Of a stretch of DNA of 63,437 bases, positions 45,801 through 57,900 are shown piece after piece. Made by a program: the position numbers and the translations under genes. Positions within the stretch are counted from its first letter, which is position 1; each line of letters begins with the position of its first letter. Source of the DNA: a virus; IMG/VR virus record IMGVR_UViG_3300033407_000011, positions 1 to 63,437 of that record; one strand, 5' to 3'. The notes below the pieces were generated by a model, which was not told where the DNA came from, did not search any database, and saw only the letters and a list, made by a program, of their open reading frames with translations.

Positions 45801-45950
45801 ATGAAAACACTTAACCTATCGCCTGATTTAAAACTCAGGCTAGAAAGCAGACTGTTAAATGCCATTGAAAAAGATAATAAATCCGGTTGTTGGGTATGGA
45901 AACGCGGTTGTTTTAAAAGCGGTTATGGCCAGGTAAAGTGGCCTCAATGA
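45801..45950 (+). pseudogene. truncated HNH endonuclease relic (N-terminal 49 codons only)
   Basis: MKTLNLSPDLKLRLESRLLNAIEKDNKSGCWVWKRGCFKSGYGQVKWPQ then stop. CW.W...GYG is the usual N-terminal block. The catalytic HNH part is absent. Confidence 0.45.
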
Positions 45951-46008
45951 TGAAATGCTCACAATCTACAGTTTGGCGCATAACAAATAAAGCTACCAGA
46001 GCATCTGC

Positions 46009-46932
46009 ATGAAACAGAAAATTATATTATCAAAAGACTTATCCTTGCCTATTGATGCTGTCACCAGTACGCCTGCTTTTTTGGGCAGAAAAGGATCAGG
46101 TAAATCTTATGGCGCTGGGAAGTTTTCTGAACAGTTATTGGATGCCGGTTGTCAGGTCATTATTCTTGATCCTGTCGGTATTCATTATGGACTGCGCCTC
46201 GACAGCACAGGCAAGAAACCGAGTAAATATGAAATCCCGATCCTCGGCGGTATTCACGGCGATATACCACTGGAACCACAATCCGGCTCTCTCGTTGCTA
46301 ACTTTGTGGCAGAGACTGGAACCAGCCTGATATTGGATGTATCACAATTCATGAAGAATCAGCGTAAGCAGTTTGTCACTGATTTTGCCGAGCAGCTATT
46401 CCATCGGCAAAAGTCCAGACGCACCGCTATGCACTTGATCATAGAGGAAGCCCAGGTATTTATTCCACAACGATGCGGCAAAGATGAAACCCGCATGGTA
46501 GGAGCCATGGAGGATATAGTCAGGCTTGGCCGAAACTATGGTATTGGCTGCAGCTTGATCAGCCAACGTCCGCAATCTGTTAATAAGGAAGTATTAAATC
46601 AGTGTGAGCCACTGGTAGTATTTCAACTGGTCGGCACCCATGAGAGAAAGGCCGTGCAGGAATGGGTCTATCATTCCGGCGCGGATGTCACAGATTCGCT
46701 CAAACGTCTGCCGGAATTAAAAAATGGTGAATGTTATTACTGGTCACCCGGCAATCGTCAATTCGTCAAAACAAAATTTTACGCCAAAATCACTTACGAC
46801 TCATCAGCAACGCCGACTTTTGGGGTCAATACACCGCAAACCGGACAATTAAAACCTGTAGACCTGGATACACTCAAGTCCACGATGAAAGACACCATTG
46901 ACCGCGCCAAAGAGAATGACCCCAAGAACTGA
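46009..46932 (+). CDS. HerA/DUF87-like P-loop ATPase
   Basis: FLGRKGSGKSYGAG is a Walker A motif and HLIIEEAQVFIP a Walker B motif. GIGCSLISQRPQSV is also present. Confidence 0.65.
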   Translation: MKQKIILSKDLSLPIDAVTSTPAFLGRKGSGKSYGAGKFSEQLLDAGCQVIILDPVGIHYGLRLDSTGKKPSKYEIPILGGIHGDIPLEPQSGSLVANFVAETGTSLILDVSQFMKNQRKQFVTDFAEQLFHRQKSRRTAMHLIIEEAQVFIPQRCGKDETRMVGAMEDIVRLGRNYGIGCSLISQRPQSVNKEVLNQCEPLVVFQLVGTHERKAVQEWVYHSGADVTDSLKRLPELKNGECYYWSPGNRQFVKTKFYAKITYDSSATPTFGVNTPQTGQLKPVDLDTLKSTMKDTIDRAKENDPKN

Positions 46933-47030
46933 TGCACTACTTGGAAATAGTACGATAAGTGGTCTACATGAGACTATGTATGCTCATGCTTGTAAGCTAG
47001 AAACCGGAATCCTGGGCTGGAGAATAAACC

Positions 47031-47357
47031 ATGAGGGATAAGCTCTTAATAGAAAAATTAAAAAATGCTAATGATGAATTATCTAAATTATATGCAGAAT
47101 GTCTATCTAGGAAAGAAAATATTGAGCATGAATATAAAGCAAGGGTGTTTGAACTCATCCAGGCACAGGAAGATAATAAGCGGTTGAGGGAGGTGTTGGA
47201 GTTTTATGCCGCTGAGGATAATTACTATATAAAAATGCAGGTTATTGAACCTGATGATGGAACAATTGCAAGATTGTGTTCTGCGACTGGGACATTAGAT
47301 AATCCGGTTGAAATAGACAAAGGCCAACGCGCAAGAGATGCACTGGAGAAACCATGA
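47031..47357 (+). CDS. hypothetical coiled-coil protein
   Basis: 108 aa with RBS GGAG. Confidence 0.55.
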   Translation: MRDKLLIEKLKNANDELSKLYAECLSRKENIEHEYKARVFELIQAQEDNKRLREVLEFYAAEDNYYIKMQVIEPDDGTIARLCSATGTLDNPVEIDKGQRARDALEKP

Positions 47358-47405
47358 ATATGACATTAAATCAGGCTATTAATATTTTTATTTATCATAG
47401 ATGCC

Positions 47406-47861
47406 ATGGCTGAACTGGAGGCGTTAGGAATAGGTAAAGCGCCACGTGTGCAAATCGCCATGTTTTCCGGGTACACCAATATTATGAGTAAGGGGTTCGC
47501 CAATTCCATCAGCCAATTACGCACGGCTGGCTATATTGATTATCCCGATGCTGGCACTGCCAGCCTCACCATGGAAGGCCGGGTGTTTGCCAATCTGGCC
47601 ATAAAGCCGCGCACCACACAGGAATTGCAGGGACGAGTCATGCAGATGCTGGGCGGATCGGCCAGAAGGATATTAGAGCCATTGATTAGGAATTACCCGG
47701 ATGCCATGACCAAGGAGGAACTAATGGAACAAGCAGGGTACAGCAACATGATGTCAAAGGGGTTCGCAAACACGGTCAGCAGATTACGCACATTGAAACT
47801 GATTGACTACCCGGAACGCGGATATGTTGTCGCGTTGCCAGTATTATTCCTTGACAATTAG
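47406..47861 (+). CDS. tandem winged-helix-like repeat protein
   Basis: Two similar halves: GYTNIMSKGFANSISQLRTAGYIDYPDAG and GYSNMMSKGFANTVSRLRTLKLIDYPERG. Confidence 0.55.
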   Translation: MAELEALGIGKAPRVQIAMFSGYTNIMSKGFANSISQLRTAGYIDYPDAGTASLTMEGRVFANLAIKPRTTQELQGRVMQMLGGSARRILEPLIRNYPDAMTKEELMEQAGYSNMMSKGFANTVSRLRTLKLIDYPERGYVVALPVLFLDN

Positions 47862-47873
47862 AAAGAATAACTT

Positions 47874-48143
47874 ATGAAACTTGGTGTAGTTGGACACGGC
47901 ATACAAATAGACAGCTTGCTGGCTGAAACACCGGTTAATAGATACAGGCCGTCACGTGGCGAACCAATACCACTGCGATTGACCACTCATCCAGAAAAAT
48001 GCCCGAACGCACTACACGCACGATCTAAAATGTCATGCAATGCACCACTGGAAACACCGGCCAAGTCCGGGCGCAAGCTAGGAGACGGTCGTTGGAAAAC
48101 TTTTTGTATGAACTGCGGATTCGTGTACTACGATATTGAATAG
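47874..48143 (+). CDS. hypothetical small protein
   Basis: 89-aa ORF with ATG start. Confidence 0.5.
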   Translation: MKLGVVGHGIQIDSLLAETPVNRYRPSRGEPIPLRLTTHPEKCPNALHARSKMSCNAPLETPAKSGRKLGDGRWKTFCMNCGFVYYDIE

Positions 48144-48190
48144 TCGGTTTGACTGAGTAAAATGGCTTAACCCTGACCGGAGCCAATGCC

Positions 48191-48403
48191 ATGCAAGAAT
48201 CTGCCGTCTATTTCGGGATATTTATTACCTTCTGCCTGATTGCCTTTGCCATCGTCCTGTATAGAAAGTGGTTGACTACAGGTCAGGCCATCCTTGGCGC
48301 TCTGACCTTGGTGGCCATACTGGCCATACTGGATATTGTCCTGCTGGAACTGAAAGACGGGATCAGGACCGGGGAGCCTCCGCCGTACAGCTATCAGGAG
48401 TAA
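48191..48403 (+). CDS. small two-TM membrane protein
   Basis: VYFGIFITFCLIAFAIVLY and AILGALTLVAILAILDIVLL. Its 3' end overlaps the convergent minus-strand gene by 41 nt. Confidence 0.5.
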   Translation: MQESAVYFGIFITFCLIAFAIVLYRKWLTTGQAILGALTLVAILAILDIVLLELKDGIRTGEPPPYSYQE

Positions 48404-48893
48404 TGAAATATTCACCAGTCTCTACTCCATGCGTATCCTTGTTGTTACGTTGATCCAGCACGTAAGAGGAAATGTTCACCAGTTCATAACTGACAATCCG
48501 GAGTAGGATTTTTAACCAAGTGGCATAACATAGCTTCCCATCCGGCAGATCCCGACCACGGGTCCAAGTTTCCCCGGCGCGTGGTTTCCGTGAAGTAGCA
48601 ATGCAACCCAGATATCCGCAGTTTGCAGTGTCCTTGGGCGCACAGGCGGAAATGATGTACTCATTGTTATTGGTAAACAATCTGACCTTGATCTTTTCAA
48701 CGACATTCTCGCCAACTTCAGCATCACCTTCCTGCCGATGAATAATATCCACCAGAAAGTGAGTATCAAAATCGGCGTAGGCATTGCACAAGTCATCCCT
48801 GATCCAGTTCAGTAGATCTTCTGGTTTGGCAGCGACATGAGAAGCCTCTAATAAGGCTTGTTTGGAAGGATGATTGATGTTTTCATCGGTCAT
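48363..48893 (-). CDS. hypothetical protein downstream of the giant gene
   Basis: 176 aa with RBS GGAGG. Last gene of the leftward late arm. Confidence 0.6.
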   Translation of the reverse strand: MTDENINHPSKQALLEASHVAAKPEDLLNWIRDDLCNAYADFDTHFLVDIIHRQEGDAEVGENVVEKIKVRLFTNNNEYIISACAPKDTANCGYLGCIATSRKPRAGETWTRGRDLPDGKLCYATWLKILLRIVSYELVNISSYVLDQRNNKDTHGVETGEYFITPDSCTAEAPRS

Positions 48894-48973
48894 AACGACC
48901 TCCTATAGATTCATGTTGACACCCATAACGGGTGGACGATTGAATTATCAATCAAATTCCAATGGAATTCCAA

Positions 48974-51900
48974 TCAATTTGGAGTGAGTACCGTCTCCGC
49001 ATACCGGCGATTGAAGAATGCCTGGCGCTTCCGGATCAGGCTGTCAATATCATCAATCCGGCGCTTTTTCTCATCTGATGGCAGGATATCATTGGCCTGG
49101 ATATCACGGCGGCGCTTACGCAGATCCCGCAACTGGTTCCGGACCGACCGATCCAGTAGACGTAATCTGGCTTGCGGGCTCTGGATGGCTTTCAGGCGTT
49201 CCTCACCCTGGAGTTGTTTAATCTGCTTGTCCACATACTGCACGTCCATGGAACGCTCATAATACCGCTGGCTGATGGCATACTTGTTATCGTAACCGTA
49301 CAGCCGGCGCAACATAGGCACTTCCCGGACTTCGATTTGTTCGCCAGTCACAGCCTTGTGTGCCAGGTTGAACGAATCCATTACCACCCGCCCGGCAGAA
49401 CCCGTGGAGAAATCCACGAACACATCAACCCATTCCGGGGAGATATCAACAGCACCCGGGCGGATTTCATCACCACCGGAAATATCATTCAGGAACTTGG
49501 TAAATTCCTTCGAGACCTCACGGGCACTGGACCAGTGTTGCAGGTATTGTGGTTTGGCGGGTCCAAACGGGATCTCCTGCGGTTTCAATGGCCGTCCGGT
49601 CCAGTCCTTGTTTTCAGCTATCTGGACGAACGGATCCACCACGGTTGGTGCGAGAGTCTGCAGGAAGGTGGCATGACCCACCGGGTTAAAGGCTTCGGCA
49701 ATGGCGGCTCCTATCCGGCTGGCACTGTGCCATGCGTCAAAGCGTTCGCCCGTCATTAATTCGCCGAACTGCTGGCCGACCACATGCAGGGCGTTATAAC
49801 CCCAGGGCAGCATGAATTTGAAGATCGGTTCCTTCTCGCCCATGATGACCCAGTACCGCTCACGGATATGATCCGGCAGGGCGTCGTAATAGTTCTCTCC
49901 GTCGTCATCGTCACCCGCTGCTGCACGGTTGATGATATCCAATACGATGGCCACGCCAATGGTCGCCAAGGCCAGCCTGCGCCCTTTTTTGCTGGTCAGC
50001 ATGGCTTGCAGCATACGCACCGAACCCTGTATGGAGGCATTATAGAACAGGTACATGGCATTCAGGGTCGGTCCTGCCATACCACGGCGGTTAAAGTTGA
50101 CGGTCAGGTTCTTGGCCAGCGCTGCCGCACGGGTATCACTCAGCCCTAGTTCCACGGCTTTGCGGAAGGCGGCCAGACGGATCCCGTTCTCCACCACACT
50201 GTTATAATCATCAATAAAGTCCAGCAGCTTCATAAAGGCATTGCGGCCAGATTTGCCAGCCTGGATCCGTTTCATCTGGTCGGCCAGCTTATGACTGCGC
50301 TCGTTGATATCGCGGTAATGTTCAATCCAGCCCGTCTTACCACCTGCCAGCCGGAACCGCTCGGCCCAGCCGCCCCATTCACTGTGCCTGTCCCCTTTAC
50401 GCAGGTTGGCACGCAGTCCTTTCAGGGCGCCAGGCACCATTTTCAGAACACTCAGTTCCGCCTTGCTGAGTTCAGTGTCCGTCATGTTATACAGGGCGGT
50501 TTGCAGGTCACGGGCAAAATTTGAGATCACAAATTCAGGTGACCAACTGGTATTCAGTTGCGCCAGGAACCGGTTGAGCCCCAGCAGAACGCGAGTCAGC
50601 CGCCCGATATCACCATGATCCAGGTTCTTCATGGCTTTCAGGATACGCATACCCACTTCATTCTTTTGATTAAAGGTAATGGTATGCACTTGACCATCCA
50701 CCTTGACCTTGAGTTCATTATCATATTCACGCGGATCATTGAACCATTTGACTTCGCCATCCTTGACCGTGCCCATCTTCTTCGGCACATCGACGGTCCA
50801 GAAGGACGAATCCTTGTGTTTCTGGGCGAACTTCAGCAAGGCTTGCGCCACCCGGTTTTTCTCTGACCGGATGATCGAGGCTTCATATTGCGCCACTACA
50901 TTGACCAGCACATCCACTACGTCGCGGGTGGAACCCAGCCGGCGCTTGCTTTCCGGGCCACGAACACTGAATCCTTGACCACGGCTGGGCAGGGTGGCGT
51001 GCGCTTCATCCCGCTTTAAGGGGACATAGTGCTGATAGTTGGCCTGCCAGGCTGCGGCCATTTCCTCGGAAATGAGATCGCCCTGGATCAACAGCTTGAC
51101 ACGGGCAGCGTTGATTTCATCAATCAGGGTGCCAAAACGCTGCAAGGCGTCGTTGTCCCGGTGCTTGGCGAGGATAGACTCAGCCTCGGCGTCACTCATG
51201 CCGGACAGGGCAGTGTTGTCCTCACGCTCAGGATTGATGCGCTGCAAATATTCGTTGGCTTCGCTGGCATGACGGGCATGAAGCCATTCATCCAGTTCGG
51301 CCATGGCAAGGCCGGTCTTGCCTGCCATTTCCAGCATGGGTTCGATCTTGTCCCGGTTGAACCTGTCCAATTGTTCACCCGCCCGGCCTTGCCAGATGCT
51401 CTCGGCCATGTAGACGTCTTCATCTTCCGCGACACCACCCGTATCCTCCTGCAGGTGTTTCAGGTCAATGAACTTGTCCTGAATGACATAGCGGATGGGA
51501 TCCAGCCTGCGAGTGGCATGTTCGAGGGTCTGGGCAAACTCGCCATGGGTGGGGGCTGTAGCAGCAGTGGTATCTCGGCTATACAGCAGGTTATTATCTA
51601 ACGCATCAATCCCAATTGAATCAAGGTCTGATACCAGAGACCCCGCAATACCTTGCGCCAGAAGTGGATGCTTTTGAGTCGTACCGGGTACATATTGACC
51701 TGCGACCCGACCAAGTTTCTCCACCCACCCGGCGTAGTCCGATTGTAAAACGGATGCGGTAATAACTGCCCTTTGTGCCGTAGTATCAGCAATGCCCATT
51801 CCAACCGGGAACGTGGATATAAGTCGGATAACTGGTCTTCCCTGCGGATTAATTCCAGTGGCGAAATGTTTTGCAGTGCCTTGAACATAATATTGCCCAT

Positions 51901-54900
51901 CCTTAAAAATGATATTTTTCAAGTCCGGAAGGCGGCGCTGTGCCAGTGCAGCCGAGGCCAGCAGCATCGCCTCCAAGTTATTAAAGTATAGTTGGCGTTT
52001 CTCGAAACTGCTAGTAGTATTTGTCTCAGGCCGCCACAACACTACCTTTATCTGCTCCAATCGTTCCCGGATATGCCAGTTGCGATCAGAAAACTCAGAA
52101 TGCCGGTCTGTTTCACGGGTGACATCCGCCAGTGCGGTCTGCTCATCCAGTTGGTTGTACATATCGTCCGGCAATAACCCGATAAACTGCCCGATATGTG
52201 GCTCCAGATGTTCACTGGTGCCGTATTTCAGCATGGAGGAGATCATGGCTTCGGTGCGGCGCAGACGATTAATAACAGTAATTGTACGATCCGGAACCAG
52301 CACCTTATTATTGTTACGTGCCCATGCCATGGCAATCTGGTACGCCCTTGCGCCACCACCACCACGGCGGCGGCCACCTGGGCTGAATATTTCCGCAAAG
52401 GGTGCCTTAGTGTCAGGATTATGGATGGTCACTATGGGTGTGGCGTACTGGCCTATCTCATCCGTTTTTGGCACCTTAATAACGAATATGGGCGGCTGGG
52501 TCTGTTCTTCCACTGTCCAGTCATAACCAGCAGCTATGTCCTGTACCAGGGTTTTTAAGTCCTTTGCATCGCTGGGCGGCGCCTGGAACGCTTGGTCACC
52601 ACGGGCAATGTAACTCTGCCACACATCAGCCAAGCGGGTGCGGTTGATGCTGGCTGCGTCCTCTGCAGGCTGGGCAGGCACGGGCGGTCGATAGGAAACT
52701 TCTTCACGTGTGGTTTGCCGGATGGCAGCCACAGCCATGCTCACCAGCATGTTCGGATCTAGGTTGCGAATTAAACCCAGTTGATACAGGAACCGTTTGA
52801 TAGCGGCCAGGATCCGTTTCACCAGCGGCAGTTCCTGATTGGCGCGTTCCTGCACCATGTAAGCAATGACTTCCTCGGTATAGTTACTGCGCGATGTATC
52901 GTCCGGCACCTTCAATGCCGCATTGGCAGCGGCCTCATTCAGTTTGCCATTCACGCCACGCTTGGCCAGTTTGAGTGCGGCGGCTACATGCGCCTTGGTC
53001 TGGATCCAGAGTTTATCACCCAGCATCTGCGGCATCCCGTAATGAACGCCAACCTCATGCAGTAACACGGCATAGGCATTATTGATATCAGCCTCATTCA
53101 GGCTTAACCGGTTGGCGATCAGGAAGGTCTTGCCCGCCTTGCGATCAAACCAGCCAGCCACGTCTCCGGCATTTTCTGCCAGCGCCCAGTTCGGCAGTTC
53201 GCGCTTGGTGGAAATGATCTTGAACCGGCCTGAGTCCATTAACTGCTTCCAGGCTTTATGTCCCAGCTTGTCACGCAAGTATTGTTCTACGGCCTCACCG
53301 CTTGGACCAGTGCTGGTATCCATGACCGGCGCTTCAGCCCCCCGGCTCATCAGCATGTCTTCATCGGGTTCGCCGGCAATCTCCACGACCGGATCATTCT
53401 TGATGGTGATCTTGAACGGCTCCATCTTGCCCAGCGGGAAAAAGAACCGGGCAGTATAGTTAATGCGTTCCGAGATCAGGCCGCGATCCTGTAAATTGGC
53501 TGACCAGCGGTAACGATCAGCGGCGGGCAGGATCAGTTCCATGCGTTGCTCACCGGAGACCATACGCTTGGCAATCTGCCAGCCATTGGCCAGGATCAGG
53601 GTCTTACCGTCCTTCATCACCGCATTGTGCAGTTCCGCAGGCAACATCTGGACGCTGGCACGTTCAGCACCCAGGTTTTTCAGTACGGCATTAATCTGGG
53701 CGCTGGGGATCTGCATCCCGATAAACCGTTCATGGCTGTCAGTGGTCTGGGCACGCACGACGCGCACGCTGCGATCCCCTTCATGGACAATCCGGCTCCA
53801 GATGGGGAGGACGGCACCCACAATCATGTGCGTGTCGGCGGACTTGATCTTGGGTGCTGTTTCAAAAGCCTCCTGCCAGTGAGTGGCGGCACTCTCCAGC
53901 GACTCGATTTGTTTCCAGTTGCCTGCCATGTAATAGGTGCCATCATGATACTTATGCTGGACAACCTCGCTGTATTCGACCGCCTTGCTGCCTGTTGGGT
54001 CATACCGGCGCAGTTGTTTCACGACCTTACCTTCCTTGGTGGTCTTGTCCACAGTCGGTAGGAAGGCGGCAAACTTGTTGGACAGTTCATTTACCGCATA
54101 CACGGCTTCATGCAATACCTTGCGGCGTTCAGCCAGATCCAGAAATTCGGTGAAGGTCATCGGGTGCAATGGTGTTTCTACATTCAAACGGACATACTTG
54201 GTGACTGCGCTTGTCCCTTCATGCGTATGTACAATACGTTCCTCTTTTTTCTCGACCCGATCCCCGGTGACATTCTCGATGCCGACATCAAAATCGCCGA
54301 TTTCACGGTGGTAATCCACCACCTGCTGCAACCGGTGAAAGAAAGCCTCAAAGACCTCATTTTGACGCGCTGTTTTCAGTGACAGGATCCGGTTCAGGAA
54401 TTGCTGAATGGTCGGGGTCTTCTTGTCAGAAACATTCCCTTCTTCATCCCGCAAATTGATCCACATTTCATGCTCCAGCGTAGCAATACTGAGGCCCTCC
54501 ATGCCTTCCAGTTTGTTCCTGGCCAGATCCCGCACCATGCCACGCAGGGCTTCTTCGGAATACACGGTTTCCAGATTATGCTCGGCGCTGAATATCCCCT
54601 GCGACCCGGCTTCACGCTGGCCTTTAGTGAGCGCACCCAGTTGATCCAGGCGCCTGGCCACTGAGGAAATAAACCGCAGGTGCCCCTTGAGATCGGTGGT
54701 TACCAGCACATAATGCGGGGCTTGTTTCTGATTGGATCGGTGCGTCCGGCCAAAACCCTGCACGGCATTATCAGCACGCCAGCCAGGTTGCACCAGATAA
54801 TGGAACCGCTTGCGCTGGTTCTTACGCCTGAGATCCGCATGAAAGTCCTGGCCGGTACCGCCTGCATCGGAGAACACCATGATCTTTTTCTTGTCCTCCA

Positions 54901-57900
54901 TGAATTGGGAAATATCGGCACCCACCGCAGTCGCACTGCGCCTCTCCCAAGCCTTTTTTCCTTTCTTTGTGACCAGACGACGGGATCTGCCGGTGACCTC
55001 AGCCACCTGGCTCACGCCAAAATGATCAATAATCTGATCCAGCGGGCCGTGAGGTATAGCAATCGTTGCGATCATGTCCAGCATCTGGTCGCGGATGGCC
55101 ACGGCCTCGGCAGAGATCACCGGGTTGCCCTGCGAATCCTCCACCAGTGTCATGATCTTGTTGCCGTTACTGTCAACTGTTTCCTCGTATTTATGGATCG
55201 GAAAGGAAGATTCCAGAAACTGCATGATGGATTGGCGCGGGGTAATGTCCAGTTCATCCAGTGAGATCCCCTCATTGGCCGCCTGTGCGGCAGCGCGTTC
55301 GGTTTGCGCTTCATTGGTATTCACCAGTTGCAGCACGATACTGTGTTCTTCCTCGAGGCGTTTCTCAATGTCCTCGATCAGGGATGGCATCTGCATGGAA
55401 GTCAATACCTGGTTAAAAAACCGCTGGTGCGCTCCCCAAAAGGCGGACAAGGCGGATGATTTTGCATTCTTGGCCTTGACCTTGCCTTCCTCATTGACAG
55501 CACCAATCGCTTCCAGTGCCACACCAATGTTCTGTAATATGACTTGCCACCCTTCGGCCATCACATCGTACATTTCAACCTGTTCCGGCGTGAGTGCGTG
55601 GGTCAGTTGGCCGTAAGTCACATCATGGTAGGACAGGGAACGGGCGCCATACATACCCAGTGCTTTCATGTCCTGGGCGACCAGTTCCATGGCGGCGACA
55701 CCCTTGCTGCTGATAGCTTCGATAAAGGCCACGTTGTCTGCAAACGGCGTGCCTTCACCCCAGAGCCCAAGGCGGCTGGCATAGCCCAGATTATTGACCT
55801 CGGTGGCACCTGTGGCAGATACATATAAAATCCGCGCCTGTGGCACCTTGGTCTGCAACTCCACGCCAGTCAGGGCTGTTTGTGAGGGTTTGGTCCGGCC
55901 ACGTTTGCCTTTCATGGCAATCACATTTCCTAATTTATGGGCTTCATCAAACGCGATCACGCCATCAAAGTCTGGTCCGAGCCAGTCTGCAATCTGCTCC
56001 ATGCGGGATTTACCGCCGCTTTTCGTGGATGCCTGGCGCAGGGTGCCGTAAGACACAAACAACACGCCTTCCGTCAGAGTGATCGGATCTTCCGGTTTCC
56101 AGCGTTTAATGTTGGTAATGATCTTGTTCGCATCTTCCCCGGTGACACTGTTCCAATCCCGCCGTGCCAAGTCCAGTAATTTGTCATCCTTGGTGATCCA
56201 GATATGGCGCTTCCGGCCACGGCGGATGTTATCCGTCATCACCCCAACAACTTCACGCGCCTTGCCGAGACCAGTGTTGTGATGCACCAAACCGCCAGCA
56301 ATGTAGTTCTCCGGCCCTGGTACCCACATATCATAGAATTCAGCACGTCCTGATAATTCTATGGACACAATCCTGTCCCATCCCCCATAATATTGACATG
56401 AGGAAACCACGAAACTCGATCCCAGAGCAGGCGGTACCGCAGGTAATCGCAGATTATCAGGCTGGTGTTCCAACGACTGAACTTGCGAATCGTTATGGCG
56501 TGACACCGCCGACTGTGGCCTGCCTTCTAATGAAATATGGCATTCAGATTCGTTCTCGTTCTGAGATAAACGCGCTGCGTGCGCCTGTAGATGATGAGCG
56601 TCTGCGCCAGTTGAATGATGAAGCGCAACTGAACCACCAGCAAATTGCCCATGAGTTGGAAGTATCGACGGCGACTGTTGAGCGTCGTCTACGAGCTCTG
56701 GGTTTGAAATCAAAGAAGGGTCGCGGCTCTCCAATGGAGAAAAATTACTTTTGGAAAGGTGGCCAGATGACGGACGCCGATGGCTATATTCTCCTGAAAT
56801 GTCCTGACCATCCGCACAAGAATGCACAGGGATATGTGCGTGCTCATCGCCTTGTAATGGAGCAAATTCTTGGCCGTTATCTGGATCGTCTTGAAGTCGT
56901 ACACCACATTGACGGAGATACGCAGAATAACGTCCCAGACAATCTTCAGGTGTTTGCCTGTAATGCGGATCATCTTCGGCATGAATTGACTGGGCGGACG
57001 CCGAATCATTCTCCGGCAGGGCTTCGGCGGATGCGAGAAAATGCCCAACGCTTAAACCGTCTACGATACGCATCCAGCCGGAAGGTGTGAAAAATTTATG
57101 ATTTACCGTAACTTGTACTGAACGGCCACTTTGCATAACGACCCGATACAGATCATCCTCGCCTTTTTTGAATGGCGCTTGAGCATTAAAAGCCTCGAAA
57201 CCATCAGCAGTCAACGATAGCACCCTGATTGGCCTGCCAGCCTCAGCCAATGTCTTGATAGGCGTTTCTATCCCAGTGTCTGGGTTAAGGATCAGCGTAT
57301 CTCCAGCAACACATCCGTCGCCAATGAAGTAGCCGCGCCGCTCTCCATTGGGCAGCATTTTATCGTGGGCATCGCCCGCCCGGATGATTTGTTCAATCTG
57401 GGCATTGGACAAGGCGCCTGACTCAATGGCTTTCTTCGGCAGGTTAGGCACATAACTGGTCGATGGTGGCGTGACCGTGGCCATGGCCGCAGATTCGACC
57501 AGGGTGCCAGGGTGTGGCTTGGAACCCGGCAGTGTGATAAATGGCTGATACGCATCGAATACTGCGTCCGTCAATGCCTGATGCTGCATGATATTTTCTA
57601 CGCGATCCAGTGCAGCATAATCGCTGGTGATTTCAATGTTCTTGTTGGTAGTTTTGCCGTTATCACCGTTTTGCGTCAGTTCATTGGCAAACTGGATGGC
57701 ATACGGCCTGACCCCTTCCCCGAAATTACGGATCAGGAATTTAAAGAATTCTTTTAAGGACTTGCCAGCGGCCTTGAATTCAGACCAGGCTTTCTCGAAA
57801 TGGGGTTTGGCACGGGCATAGGTCAGATCATCAAAGCCCGCAGGGAAGGATTTTAGGGCGTTGCCGCCGAATAATTCATAGAGACCGGTCAGTGCTTCGG

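Larger units (their letters stand above)
56276..57313 (-). mobile_element. 346-aa intein (giant-protein residues 1889-2234) inserted in the helicase P-loop
   Basis: Cys1 codon at 57313..57311. Block A is CVAGDTLILNP and block B is QVTVNHKF. Blocks F/G are FYDMWVPGPENYIAGGLVHHN, ending at 56276. The +1 Thr codon is 56275..56273. Confidence 0.85.
54488..57475 (-). other. domain (aa ~1835-2830, interrupted by the intein): strawberry-notch-type helicase
   Basis: After splicing, the Walker A motif is YFIGDG-TGLGKAREV. DEAH lies at aa 2344 (55937..55948). SDAGGTGQDFHAD...AVQGFGRTHRSNQKQAPHYVLVTTDLKGHLRFISSVARRLDQLGALTKGQR closely parallels the SBNO helicase C region. Confidence 0.8.

Noticed and set aside
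48894-48973. Repeated ATTGGAAT / TTGATTG words and a short hairpin between the giant gene and the 176-aa gene, as an operator or terminator
   Set aside because: The stems are only 5 bp and the repeats are short and AT-rich. There is no U-tract, so I could not distinguish this from chance in an 80-bp AT-rich spacer.
50900-51100. A PLxRFG-type domain call for the C-terminal third of the giant protein (YVPLKRDE near here, PMLRRLYG further downstream)
   Set aside because: I only half-remember the motif and the matches are partial. Without a profile search the assignment would be guesswork, so the region is left undescribed apart from the TM helix.
56710-57048. A third ORF (112 aa, minus strand, other frame) inside the intein/HNH region
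   Set aside because: No recognisable motif. It sits in a frame different from the giant ORF and is explained as chance in a region already constrained in two frames.
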